Origin: Mobula hypostoma
Lineage: Eukaryota
DNA: 64,000 nt
Direction of reading: 5' to 3'
Assembly: GCF_963921235.1 (NCBI RefSeq)
Contig: NC_086128.1
Coordinates: 26,722,001-26,786,000 of the forward strand
The translations under genes were made by a program, and so were the position numbers. Below are positions 1 through 12,000 of the stretch, one piece after another. Numbering within the stretch: position 1 is the stretch's first letter; each line of letters opens with the position of its first letter. The notes under the pieces are model-generated. The model ran no database searches, was not told the DNA's origin, and saw only the letters and a program-made list of their open reading frames with translations.

Positions 1-1114
1 CAACCAGGAGAGGGGTGAATGTCCATGAGAGGTCATTAGTACCTTGGCTGGGGAGGAGAGAAGCAGAATGAAAGGTGGAAATTCAGTGAGGGGGAGCGGA
101 GAGAAAGGTGACGCAGTGGGAAGGTGAGGAGAGGGAGAGCCGAGGGAGAACTGGACTTTGGGAAAGGCGGTACCAAGGAAGCACCATGCAGAAAGAAGAG
201 AGATGCCAACAGAGTGCCATACTGTGGGAAAGGCACTTGTAATACGGGAGAGACCCTCCAGGCTGTGGGAGAGGATGATGGAGAGTGTCCTTGGGCTTTG
301 AGAGGGGATTCAATAGGTGGCATTGAGTCAGCGATGAGGGAAGGGAGTGTCCGTGGGCCGTGGGATGGTATTCAGTGGGTGGGGAGAGCCCATGGCTGGG
401 ATGAGTGGCAAGGGATTAAAGGCCTGAGCTGTGAATAACAATTCCTTTGTAATCCCTCAAACCCCAGTCCTCACCATTTACCAGATCTCTTTCTGGAAAG
501 CACTGTGCTGACCTGGGTTTACTTTGCTAATTAGATGTGTGGCTGACGTAAAATCCAATTAATTTAAAAGCCTCCTGCAGCTCCAGCCCTGAATCAATGA
601 GGTCTCCCTGGCTTCCATCAATCCATTCCCTCAACCCCCCCCCATCTCTCTCTCTCACTTCATTTCACTCTCACACTCTGCCTCTGTCTTTCTCACTTTA
701 GATCTGTCTCGTTCTTTCTGTCCCTCTCTTTCTTTCTTTCTCCTCCCACTCTTTGCCCGCAGTCTCCCAATCTATATCCCTCTCCCACTCTATCTCCGTC
801 ACTCCCAATCTCTCTCTCCCCCCTTTCCCTCCCTCTCTCTTACACACACACACACACCTGGCCAGATGGCCCCCACTCACAGCCAGCCCGTTTACCTTGT
901 CCCTTGGCTCGGCCTGGTTCCTGGGGGGCCAGGAGTGCACCCTGGCCGACACACCGCCGGCGGATAGCTCGTAGGGGTTCGGGGGCAGGAGGTGCGATCA
1001 GGGGCCTCTGCTTCTGTCACCATCACCGGCTGGCCTCGCTCCTAGCGTCTGGGCCTGCACACATGCACATTTCCCTCCCCTCCATCTTTCTCCATTACTT
1101 TATCCGTTTGGACA

Positions 1115-1460
1115 AAGGAATTGGAATTGGTTTATTTTGTGAGTTTATTATTGTCACACATACTGACGTACAGTGAAAAGTTTGTCTTTCATACTGTTCA
1201 TACAAACAAAATCATTACACAGCGTACTGAGGCAGTACAAGGTAAAACAACAGAATGCAGAATGAAGTGTCACGGTTACAGGGAAAGTGCAGTGCAGGTG
1301 GACAGTAAGGTGAGGTAGATTGTGAGGTCAAGAATGCATTTTATAATACTGGGGAATGACTCAACAGTCTTACAACAGCGGGTTAGAATCTGTCCCTGAG
1401 CCTGGTGGGACATGTTTTCAGGGTTTTGTATCTCCTGCCCGATGGAAGAGGGGAGAACAG
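1115..1460 (-). mobile_element. Rex1/Babar-type LINE 3' tail
   Basis: Reverse complement of the tail seen at 24050-24360; similar copies at 52440-53400. Confidence 0.7.
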
Positions 1461-2029
1461 ATTTGCCTGGGCTGCAGTCCACAGATCAGGAAAATAAAAT
1501 GAGGGCCCTTCTGACAAATGGGGATTAATGAAATCCCAGAGGAACTGAAAAAGAATACTTTGTCACAAACAGAGACTACAGCAACTGCTCAGCAAGTCAG
1601 TCAGCATCTGAGGGGAGAAAAAAACAGCTGATATTTGGGGTAGAGGTTCCAGAGAAGTGAGGAAAAGACTGAGTTTCTCCCTGTCGGAAGGGAGATAGAT
1701 GGGGAGGATAGAGGGAGTGTCCAGCCACAGGTATCGTCACTCTCAGTGTCTATAATTCCCTGATAATCTCCTCATGGCACGTGAGGTCATCTCCTATGCT
1801 CACACAAACTGACAGAGCCTGTAATCAGGATCAGGTTTGTAAGCACCAATTTATACCAAGGGAATTTTGTTGTTTTGCAGCAGCAGGACAATGCAAAGAC
1901 TTACAATTTTATAAATTACAGTGCAAAGAAAAGAAAAATGATCGTCTGCAGCCTCCTGTGATCCTGTGCATTGAAGCCTCCATACCATGCTCTGCTTCAA
2001 CCATTTAGAAACTGCTCGACTTCGTGAGG

Positions 2030-2500
2030 AGTTAGAGAAGATTTTGTATGTCAGCAAAGACACTTACAAATTACTACAGATGTGCGGTGGAGACCATTCT
2101 GACTGGGTGCATCACCACCTGCGTGGAGGCTCCAATGCTGAGGATCACAAGACACTGCAGATGGTTGTAGTCTCAGCCAGATCCATCACAGGGACAACCC
2201 TCCCCAACAGTGAGGACATCAGCAAGAGGCAGGGTCTCAAGAAGGTGGCATCCAACATGAAGGACCCTCATCATCTGGGACATGTTCTCTTCTCACTACT
2301 ACCATCAGGGAGGAGGTACAAGAACCTGAAGACACACACTCAGTGATTCAGGAACAGCTTCTTCCCCTCCACCATCTGATTTCTGAACGGTCCATGAACA
2401 CATGAACACTATTCCTCTTTTGCACTATGTACTTAGGATTTGTATCTTAAAGTAATTTTCATGTCTTGCACTGTACAGCTGCCACAAAACAACAAATTTC
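2030..2500 (+). mobile_element. Rex1/Babar-type LINE 3' fragment
   Basis: [20 protein letters not shown] and 3' UTR; tail resumes at ~2821-2862 after a Penelope-like insert. Confidence 0.8.
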
Positions 2501-2925
2501 TATCCCCCACTCTGGCCTCTTATCTCTTCTCCTCACCTGCCTATCACCTCTCCCTGGTGCCTCTCTGTCTTCCCTTTCCTCCCATGGTTCACTCTCCTCT
2601 CCTCTCTAGCCTTTTACCTTTGCCACCCACCACCTTCCAGCTATCTTCCTTCCTTCCCCGCCCCACCACCTTTTTATTCTGCCATCTTCCCCCCTTTCCT
2701 TTCCAGACCTAAAGAAGGGTCTCGGCCTGAAACATTGACTGCTGCCCAACCTGTTGAGTTCCTCCAGCATTTTGTGTGCGTTGCTCTGGATTTCCAGCAT
2801 CTGCAGAATCTCTTGTGTTTAAAATTTCATAACGTATGTCAGTGATTATAAACTTGAGTCTGAGAAAACCCTCCAGTGTACATCTGTAGACTCTGTAGCA
2901 TGGTGTGCGTGGGTCAGTGCTGGGG

Positions 2926-3009
2926 ATGCCCAGTTCCGAGCCGACAGCACCCACCCATCCGTCTGGCCAGGCTGGAGCAAGGGAGCAATTGTATCCTCCC
3001 ATGGCCCTG
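2926..3009 (+). CDS. DPP10/6-like candidate exon 1 ([28 protein letters not shown])
   Basis: gggATG start and CTG|gtcagt donor in phase 0, matching the phase-0 acceptor at 3117. No homology support, since N-termini are variable in this family. Confidence 0.45.
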
Positions 3010-6000
3010 GTCAGTTGTGGGGGTGGGTGTTTGGATATCTCAGCTTTAAGACTTCAAGGATGGGTGAGGGGAGGGAGACCTTGGAGAGCCTTACCCTTTG
3101 CTCTCTGCCACTGTAGGATCCAACAGAAACAACGAGTGGTGCTCCACGGAACTGGAAGAGCATCGGGATTGCGGTGTTGGTCATCAGCGTCATCCTGTCG
3201 CTGGTTATCCTCTCCATCAGCCTCCTGACTCCAGGTAACTGCCCCCATCCACGGCCCTGACATAGCCTGTGACCCCCGGCACCAGGTAGTTTCCCCCAAC
3301 CTTGCCCTGAATGTAACCTGTGGTCCCTAACCCCAATACTGATCCCCTAATGTAACCTGTGACCCCTGACCCCAAGTAACCTCCCAGACCCCACCCCTAA
3401 TGTAACTTGTGATCACTAACCTCTAATCCCCACTCTCCTCCCTTCTGACCCCAAGTAACTGCCCACAGACCCTTCTCTAAGATAACCCAACCACAATCCC
3501 CACCCCCCACCCCCAGGAAACCTGCCTTATCCCAACCATAACGTAACCTGTGATCCACTAACTTCTAACCCTCAATCCTCATCCGTCCTGATCCCAGATA
3601 AGCTCTCAGCCTCCCCCACTGACATAACCTGCAACCCCTACCCCTGCCACCTCACCTGTACTCCTAATCCCCACCCCTAACACTGATCCCTACCCTAATC
3701 CTTCTACACTCAACCCCAGTCACTGCATTGACCCCAAAAACCAACCCTTGCTCCCTTCCGAGGACCACATAGTTCCATCCCAATCTCTGGTGTGTGGGTT
3801 TCCCCCGTGGGCTCCAGTTCCCTCCCATGTCCCACTGACTTGCAGGGTTGATGGGTTAATTGGCTGTGCTGTAAATCCTTCCCCAGTGTTGGGGGTGAGG
3901 GGTAGAAGTGGGGTGGGGGAGAATGGAGTGGGATCGGTGTAGGTGGCTGGCTGATGGTCGGTATGGATTCGATGTGCTGAACGGCCAGTTTCCCAGCTGT
4001 ATTACTCGAGGATTTTCCCTACCGCCCTCCCCCACCCCCAGGCCCTGTCCCCAACCTCACCCTGACTCCCTGACAACCTTACCCTGAAGCAGACCCCACA
4101 AACCCTTCACCCACTCCTGCCCTGCCCTCATCCTGACACCACCGTTAAAAGCCCCGCACTCTAAGCCTCGACCCTTTCCAACCTCAACTTGACCTTACCC
4201 CTGACCCCTATCAACCACAGTCCTGCAGCCCCCTACCCTTTTACCTGACCACATATCCCCCGATCTCCGCCCTTAATGTCTCCTCTGAACTTTGCAAGCT
4301 ACCTCTCCCCTATCTCTTAGTCACCACCCTGTGTCTGACTTCTAACCCCTGACCCATGCTCTCCTACCCTCTTATAACTCTGCTTCCAACCCTGGCCTTT
4401 ACCCCTAACCTAACTCCCTCGCTCCCTTCTCCATAAGACAAGATAAGATAAGGACCTCCGTATTGAATGGGAACAAGGCAGAGTGGGTGGGGGAGGATTG
4501 CTGGGAATCCAGGGAAGGGAGAAGGGATTACAGAATGGAGGAGAAAAGATTTTCTAGGATCTTTACAACTCATGAAAGGAGGAGAGGGAGGCAGGGAGAA
4601 AATGGAAAAAGGCTAAGGGGAGGGGAAACAGGAGGGCAAGGAGGGGCAGAGGAACGAAAAGGCAGTTGACACTGATGTACTTCTCTGTCAGAGGATGAAT
4701 CTCCAGATCCCAGACCAAGGCTCACGCTGGATGATATCTGGGCTCCTAAGTTTCAGATCCACGACCCTGAGGTGAAGTGGATTAATGGTGAGTGAGGCCT
4801 TTACCTCATGGGCAGGTATTGGATCAATTTCTTCAGTAGGTGATGCACAGTTCTGGGGAAGAGGGGTCACTGAGGGAGTGTGAAGGAGATGAACCAGCCC
4901 TTGGAGTGTGTGATGGGACAGTGTGGAGGGAGATTCACTCTGTGTCTGACCCTGAGTGTGTGATGGGACAGTGTGGAGGGAGATTCACTCTGTGTCTGAC
5001 CCTGGAAGTGTGTGAGAGGACAGTGTGGAGGGAGATTCACTGTGTATCTGACCCTGGGAGTGCGTGATGGGACAGTGAGGAGGGAGCTTCACTCTGTGTC
5101 TGACCCCGGGAGTGTGTGATGGGACAGTGTGGAGGGAGATTCACTCTGTGTCTGCCCCTGGGAGTGTGTGATGGGACAGTGAGGAGGGAGATTCACTCTG
5201 TGTCTGCCCCTGGGAGTGTGTGATGGGACCGTGTGGAGGGAGATTCACTCTGTGTCTGACCCTGGGAGTGTGTGATGGGATGGTGTGGAGGGAGATTCGC
5301 TCTGTGTCTGACCCTGGGAGTGTGTGATGGGACAGTGTGGAGGGAGATTCACTCTGTGTCTGACCCTGGGGGTGTGTGATGGGACAGTGTGGAGGGAGAT
5401 TCACTGTTTCTGACCCTGGGAGTGTGTGATGGGACAGTGTGGAGGGAGCTTCACTCTGTGTCTGACCCTGGGAGTGTGTGATGGGATGGTGTGGACGGAG
5501 ATTCGCTCTGTGTCTGACCCTGGGGGTGTGTGATGGGACAGTGTGGAGGGAGATTCACTCTGTGTCTGACCCTGGGAGTGTGTGATGGGACAGTGTGGAG
5601 GGAGATTCACTCTGTGTCTGACCTTGGGAGTATGTGATGGGACAGTGAGGAGGGAGATTCACTCTGTGTCTGACCCTGGGGGTGTGTGATGGGACAGTGT
5701 GGAGGGAGATTCACTGTGTCTGACCCTGGGAGTGTGTGATGGGACAGTGTGGAGGGAGCTTCACTCTGTGTCTGACCCTGGGAGTGTGTGATGGGATGGT
5801 GTGGACGGAGATTCGCTCTGTGTCTGACCCTGGGGGTGTGTGATGGGACAGTGTGGAGGGAGATTCACTCTGTGTCTGACCCTGGGAGTGTGTGATGGGA
5901 CAGTGTGGAGGGAGATTCACTCTGTGTCTGACCTTGGGAGTATGTGATGGGACAGTGAGGAGGGAGATTCACTCTGTGTCTGACCCTGGGGGTGTGTGAT

Positions 6001-9000
6001 GGGACAGTGCGGAGGGAGATTCACTCTGTGTCTGACCCTGGGAGCGTGTGATGGGACAGTGTGGAGGGAGATTCACTCTGTGTCTGACCCTGAGAGTGTG
6101 TGATGGGACGATGTGGAGGGAGATTCACTCTGTGTCTGACCCCGGGAGTGTGTGATGGGACACTGTGGAGGGAGATTCACTCTGTGACTGACCCTGGGAG
6201 TGTGTGATAGGACAGTGTGGAGGGAGATTCACTCTGTGTCTGACCCGGGAGTGTGTGATGGGATGGTGTGGAGGGAGATTCACTCTGGGTCTGACCCCGG
6301 GAGTGTGTGATGAGACAGTGTGGAGGGAGATTCACTCTGTGTCTGACCCTGGGGGTGTGTGACGGGACGGTGTGGAGGGAGATTCACTCTGTGTCTGACC
6401 CTGGGGTGTGTGATGGGACCAGGTTATACCAATGCTTACTATCTGGCACCAAGGCCCAGTAATGTTTCTGCCTAGTGAATGACTGCAGGATCAAATGTGA
6501 TTGAACTGTTCCATCAGGTGATACAGTGACAATGCGAACGCCTGAGGGACATGTGATCAAACAGAGCATGACAACGAGGGAGATCACTTTACTCTTGGAG
6601 AACAGAATCTTTGTAAGTACACATATCTCTCCATTGAAACGTTGAGGTGGCCAATCCACCCGTCAAACTGGTTCTAGCCCTTCTTCCTGGTCTTCCACCC
6701 AGAGTTCAATACATTTCACCTCTCTCACTCTTTCCTTGAATACCCGCTTCCAAAGGCTCTCTGTCGTCCATCCAGACAACACATCTGAGATCCCAACAAT
6801 TTCTACAGGGATCAACACACGCAGGATGCTGGAAGAACTTAGCATGTCAGGCAGCATCTATGGAGGGATAGACGTTGGCTGACCTGCTGAGTTCCTCCAG
6901 CATTCTGCGTGTGAGTTGTTTCCGAGCGCGTATCACAACCTGGTGTGCAGGCTGCAATGCAGAGGGTTGAAAGAGGCTACAAAGGGTTGTAATTTACAGC
7001 AACTTTTTATTGTACTGCTGCTATAAAACTCTGGGGAATTTGTAAGAACATTGAGATAATTTAAGAGGTTGCCCTCCTCGAGGTGGTTCACTCTCCTCTG
7101 TCCTTGTAACTCCCACCCTGATGCTCTCCGTTCATTCCTCCAGGTTTCCCTCAAAGCTACGAAGTACAAGGTGTCTCCCAACCTGCTGTATATTCTACTG
7201 GCCTCCAATGTCACAGAGGTAGGGGTGCAAGAGGACAACTCCAGGCCTGGGATGCTCGGAACAGGAGCGGCTGAGTGGGGACTTGGCACAAGTGAAGTCA
7301 GTATGAAGGCCACACCTGGAAATGGGAGAATAGGACACAGCAGAACTTTAACCTAAATCCCGGGAGTGTGTGATGGGACAGTGTGGAGGGAGATTCACTC
7401 TGTGTCTGACCCTGGGAGTGTGTGATGGGACAGTATGGAGGGAGATTTACTCTGTGTCTGACCCTGGGAGTGTGTGATGGGACAGTGTGGACGGAGATTC
7501 ACTCTGTGTCTGACCCTGGGAGTGTGTGATGGGGCAGTGTGGAGGGAGCTTCACTCTGTGTCTGACCCTGGAAGTGTGTGATGGGACAGTGTGGAGGGAG
7601 ATTCACTCTGTCTCTGACCCTGGGAGTGTGTGATGGGACAGTGTGGAGGGAGCTTCACTCTGTGTCTGACTCTGGAAGTGTGTGATGGGACAGTGAGGAG
7701 GGAGATTCACTCTGTGTCTGACCCTGGGAGTGTGTGATGGGACAGTGTGGAGGGAGATTCACTCTGTGTCTGACCCCGGGAGTGAGTGATGGGACAGTGT
7801 GGAGGGAGATTCACTCTGTCTGACCCTGGGGGTGTGTGATGGGACAGTGTGGAGGGAGATTCACTCTGTGTCTGACCCTGGGGGTGTGTGATGGGACAGT
7901 GTGGAGGGAGATTAACTCTGTGTCTGACCCTGGGAGTGTGTGATGCAATGGTATGGAGGGAGATTCAATATGGTCCTAACCTGATTTTGCTTACTCTGGG
8001 AGGGTGCCAAGTTCCACTGTTGGATGAACAGATAAATGGATGGTGCACCCAGTGAGAGGTCCAAGATTCAGGAGCGATTACTGAACTGAGTTAATGGGTC
8101 AGAGATTTCAGAAAGAATGCAGTGACTTTCTGGAAGAAGGGAATATATCGTTCTATACCCCAGCTTGACTGAGCAACATTACCTCAGACATCCAGGCATT
8201 CCACACACTTCCACAGGCAGGGACAAGGCCATTTAACCCCGTTCCAGCCTGGTAGCAGGAACCCACGCAGGCTGAAACAGTTGAGGCAGAATGGATTTGA
8301 TTTGAATAGAGAGAGATTGAACAGTTGTCTTGGAAGGAGGGTATCACAGGGAGGGAATTAGAAGGAGGGTTTCAGGGAAGTAGGGTGTGGGAAGGGAGCA
8401 GGAAGGTCATTTTGTGGGAAGGTGTCACTGACTACTTGCCTTCTGTTTCCAGGTTTACCGCTACTCCTACATGGCCACGTACTCCATCTGCTGCGTTCAG
8501 ACCAAGTGAGTAACCACACACTTAACATTGCCCACCCAGCACGTTGCCAAACGCCTGTTAAGGCTCTGATCGTGAGCGCAGAGGTGGGCCCGAGGGTAGA
8601 TACACATCCAGCACTGAGAAGTCTCTTCTCTCTCACCCTGTCACCTCCAACACTCACTTCTTTACAGATCCGTTTGCAGGAGCAAATGAGATAAGCACCG
8701 CCCCTCCCACAGCGTGACACTCCCTACTCACCGCCCCTCCCTCAGCGTGACACTCCCTCCTCACCGCCCCTCCCACAGCGTGACACTCCCTCCTCACCAC
8801 CCCTCCCTCAGCGTGACGCTCCCTCCTCACCACCCCTCCCTCAGCGTGACGCTCCCTCCTCACCGCCCCTCCCACAGCGTGACGCTCCCTCCTCACCGCC
8901 CCTCCCTCAGCGTGACGCTCCCTCCTCACCGCCCCTCCCTCAGCGTGACGCTCCCTCCTCACCGCCCCTCCCACAGCGTGACGCTCCCTCCTCACCGCCC

Positions 9001-12000
9001 CTCCCACAGCGTGACACTCCCTCCTCACCGCCCCTCCCAGCGTGACGCTCCCTCCTCACAGCCCCTCCCTCAGCGTGACGCTCCCTCCTCACCGCCCCTC
9101 CCTCAGCGTGACGCTCCCTCCTCACCGCCCCTCCCACAGCGTGACACTCCCTCCTCACCGCCCCTCCCTCAGCGTGACGCTCCCTCCTCACAGCCCCTCC
9201 CTCAGCGTGACGCTCCCTCCTCACCGCCCCTCCCTCAGCGTGACGCTCCCTCCTCACCGCCCCTCCCTCAGCGTGACGCTCCCTCCTCACCGCCCCTCCC
9301 ACAGCGTGACGCTCCCTCCTCACCGCCCCTCCCTCAGCGTGACGCTCCCTCCTCACCGCCCCTCCCACAGCGTGACGCTCCCTCCTCACCGCCCCTCCCT
9401 CAGCGTGACACTCCCTCCTCACCGCCCTCCCTCAGTGTGACGCTCCCTCCTCACCGCCCCTCCCTCAGCACAGCACTCCCTCCTCACCGCCCCTCCCACA
9501 GCGTGACACTCCCTCCTCACCGCCCCTCCCTCAGCGTGACACTCCCTCCTCACCGCCCCTCCCGCAGCGTGACCCTCCCTCCTCACCGTCCCTCCCGCAG
9601 CGCGACCCTCCCTCCTCACCGACCCTCCCACAGCGTGACACTCCCTCCTCATCGCCCCTCCCACAGCGTGACGCTCCCTCATCAATGCCCCTCCCTCAGC
9701 GCGACGCTCCGTCCTCACCGCCCCTCCCACAGCGTGACGCTCCCTCCTCACCGCCCCTTCCACAGCGTGGCGCTCCCTCATCACCGCCCCTCCCTCAGTG
9801 CGACGCTCCCTCCTCACCGCCCCTCCCTCAGCGCGACACTCCCTCCTCACTGACCCTCCCTCAGCGTGACGCTCCCTCATCACCGCCCCTCCCTCAGCGC
9901 GACGCTCCGTCCTCACCGCCCCTCCCACAGCGTGACGCTCCCTCCTCACCGCCCCTCCCTCAGCGTGGCGCTCCCTTCTCCCTACCCCTCCCACAGTGAG
10001 ACACTCCCTCCTCACCGCCTCCTCCCTTCCCTTCCCTCGGTGGGCTTCCAGGCGACAGTCTGTGTCCAACAGCGGCTATCCCAGATTCTGTTGTTCCAGG
10101 TCTTGCTCTCAGCTCTGTGTACCTGGGGTGGGAAGAGCCCCACTGCAGTTCGCCGGCTGGGGGGCACGAGGGAGCCAGCTGGTGAGTGTTGGAGACAAAA
10201 TGCAGGGGAGAGGGAGGTCCGGGAGGTCTGCTTGTGAGGGTTGGGGACACAGTGTAGGAATAGAGAGGGAAAGGGAGGGAAGGAGGGGGAGCACAGGGGA
10301 GCCATCGGGTGAGAATTAGATATAGAACATAAAACATTACAGCATAGTACAGGTGTTTCAGCCCACGATGTTGTGCTGACCTCTTAACCTATAAGAATAG
10401 TCTAACCCTTCCCTCCTACATGGCCCTCCATCTGCCTATCTAAGAGTCTTTTAAATGTGCATAATGTATCTGGATCTACCACCACCCTGGCAGGGTGTTC
10501 CACACTCCCACCACACTGTGTACAGAACTCTGACATGCCCCCTATACTTTCCTTCAATCACCTTAAAATTATGTCCCTTTGTGTCAGCCATTGCCGCCCT
10601 GGGGAAAAGGTCTCTGGCTGTCCACTCTATCTATGCCCCTTATCATCTTATACACCTTGATCAGGTCACCGCTCATCCTCCATTGCTCCTAAGAGGAAAC
10701 CTTAGTTCAGTCAACCTGTCCTCACAAGACACGCTCTCTAATCCAGACAGCATCCTGGTAAATCTCCTCTGCACCATCTCTAAGGCTTCCACATCCTTCC
10801 AGTAACAAGGCGACCAGAACCAAACATAATGCTCCAAGCGAGGCCTAATCAGAGTTCTACAGAGCTGCAACATTACCTCACGGCTCTTGAAGTTAATCCC
10901 CCGACTCATGAAGACCAACACACCTTACACTTTCTTAACCATTCTTTGACATGGGAACTTTGAGGAATCCATGGATGTGGACAACACTGTTAAGAATCCT
11001 GTCATTGACCCTGTACTCTCTCAAGTTTGACCTTCCAGAGTGAATCACTTCATACTTTTCCAGATTGAACTCCATTTGCCACTTCTCAGCCCAGTTCTGT
11101 ATCCTATCAACGTTCCATTGTAAACTATAACAATCTTCTATCAACACCACCACCAATCTTTATGTTATCTGCAAACTTACAAACTCACCCTTCTACTTCC
11201 TCATCCAAGTCACTTATAGAAATCACAAAGATCAGTGATCCCAGAACAGATCCCTGTGGAACACCACTGGTCACCAATCTCCAGGCAGAATATGCTCCAT
11301 CTACAACCAACCTCTGCCTTCTGTGAGCAAGCCAATTCTGGATCCACACATCCAGTGCCTCCTGATTTTCTGAGTGAGCCTGCCAAGGGGAACCTTGTCA
11401 AGTGCCTTACTATACTCTATTTACACCACATCCTCTGCTCTACCTTCATCAATTTATTTTGTCACTTCTTCAAAGAATTCAATCAGAGCTGTGTAGCTTG
11501 GCCTACCCCTCACAAAGCCATGCTGACTACCCCTAATCAGACTATGCTTCTCCAAATGCTCATCAATCCTGTCTCTAAAAATCCTCTCTAACAGTTTTCC
11601 CACTACTGACATAATATTCACTGGTCTATAATTCCCAGGATTATCCCTATTTCCTATCTTTAACAAAGGAATAACATTTGTTATCCTCTAATCTTCTGGT
11701 ACAACTCCAGTGGCTTGTGAGGATGCAAAGATTATTGCCAAAGGTGCAGCAATCTCTTTCCTTACTTCCTGTAGTATCCTGGGATATATCCCATCCAGTC
11801 CTGCCTGGGGATTTACCTATGTCCTAAGGTTTTTCAAAAGTTCTAGCACATCCTCTTTCTTAACGTTGGCCTGTTTCATACTGTCCTCACATTTGTCAGG
11901 GTCCCTCTCACTGGTGAATACTGAAGCAAAGTACTCATTCAGGGCATCCCCTACCTCCTCCTCCAACTCCAGGCATGTTTTCTCTTTTATCCCTGATCAG

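Noticed and set aside
4902-6419. CRISPR-like regular array
   Set aside because: Units are contiguous with no unique spacers, there are no cas genes, and the context is a eukaryotic intron.
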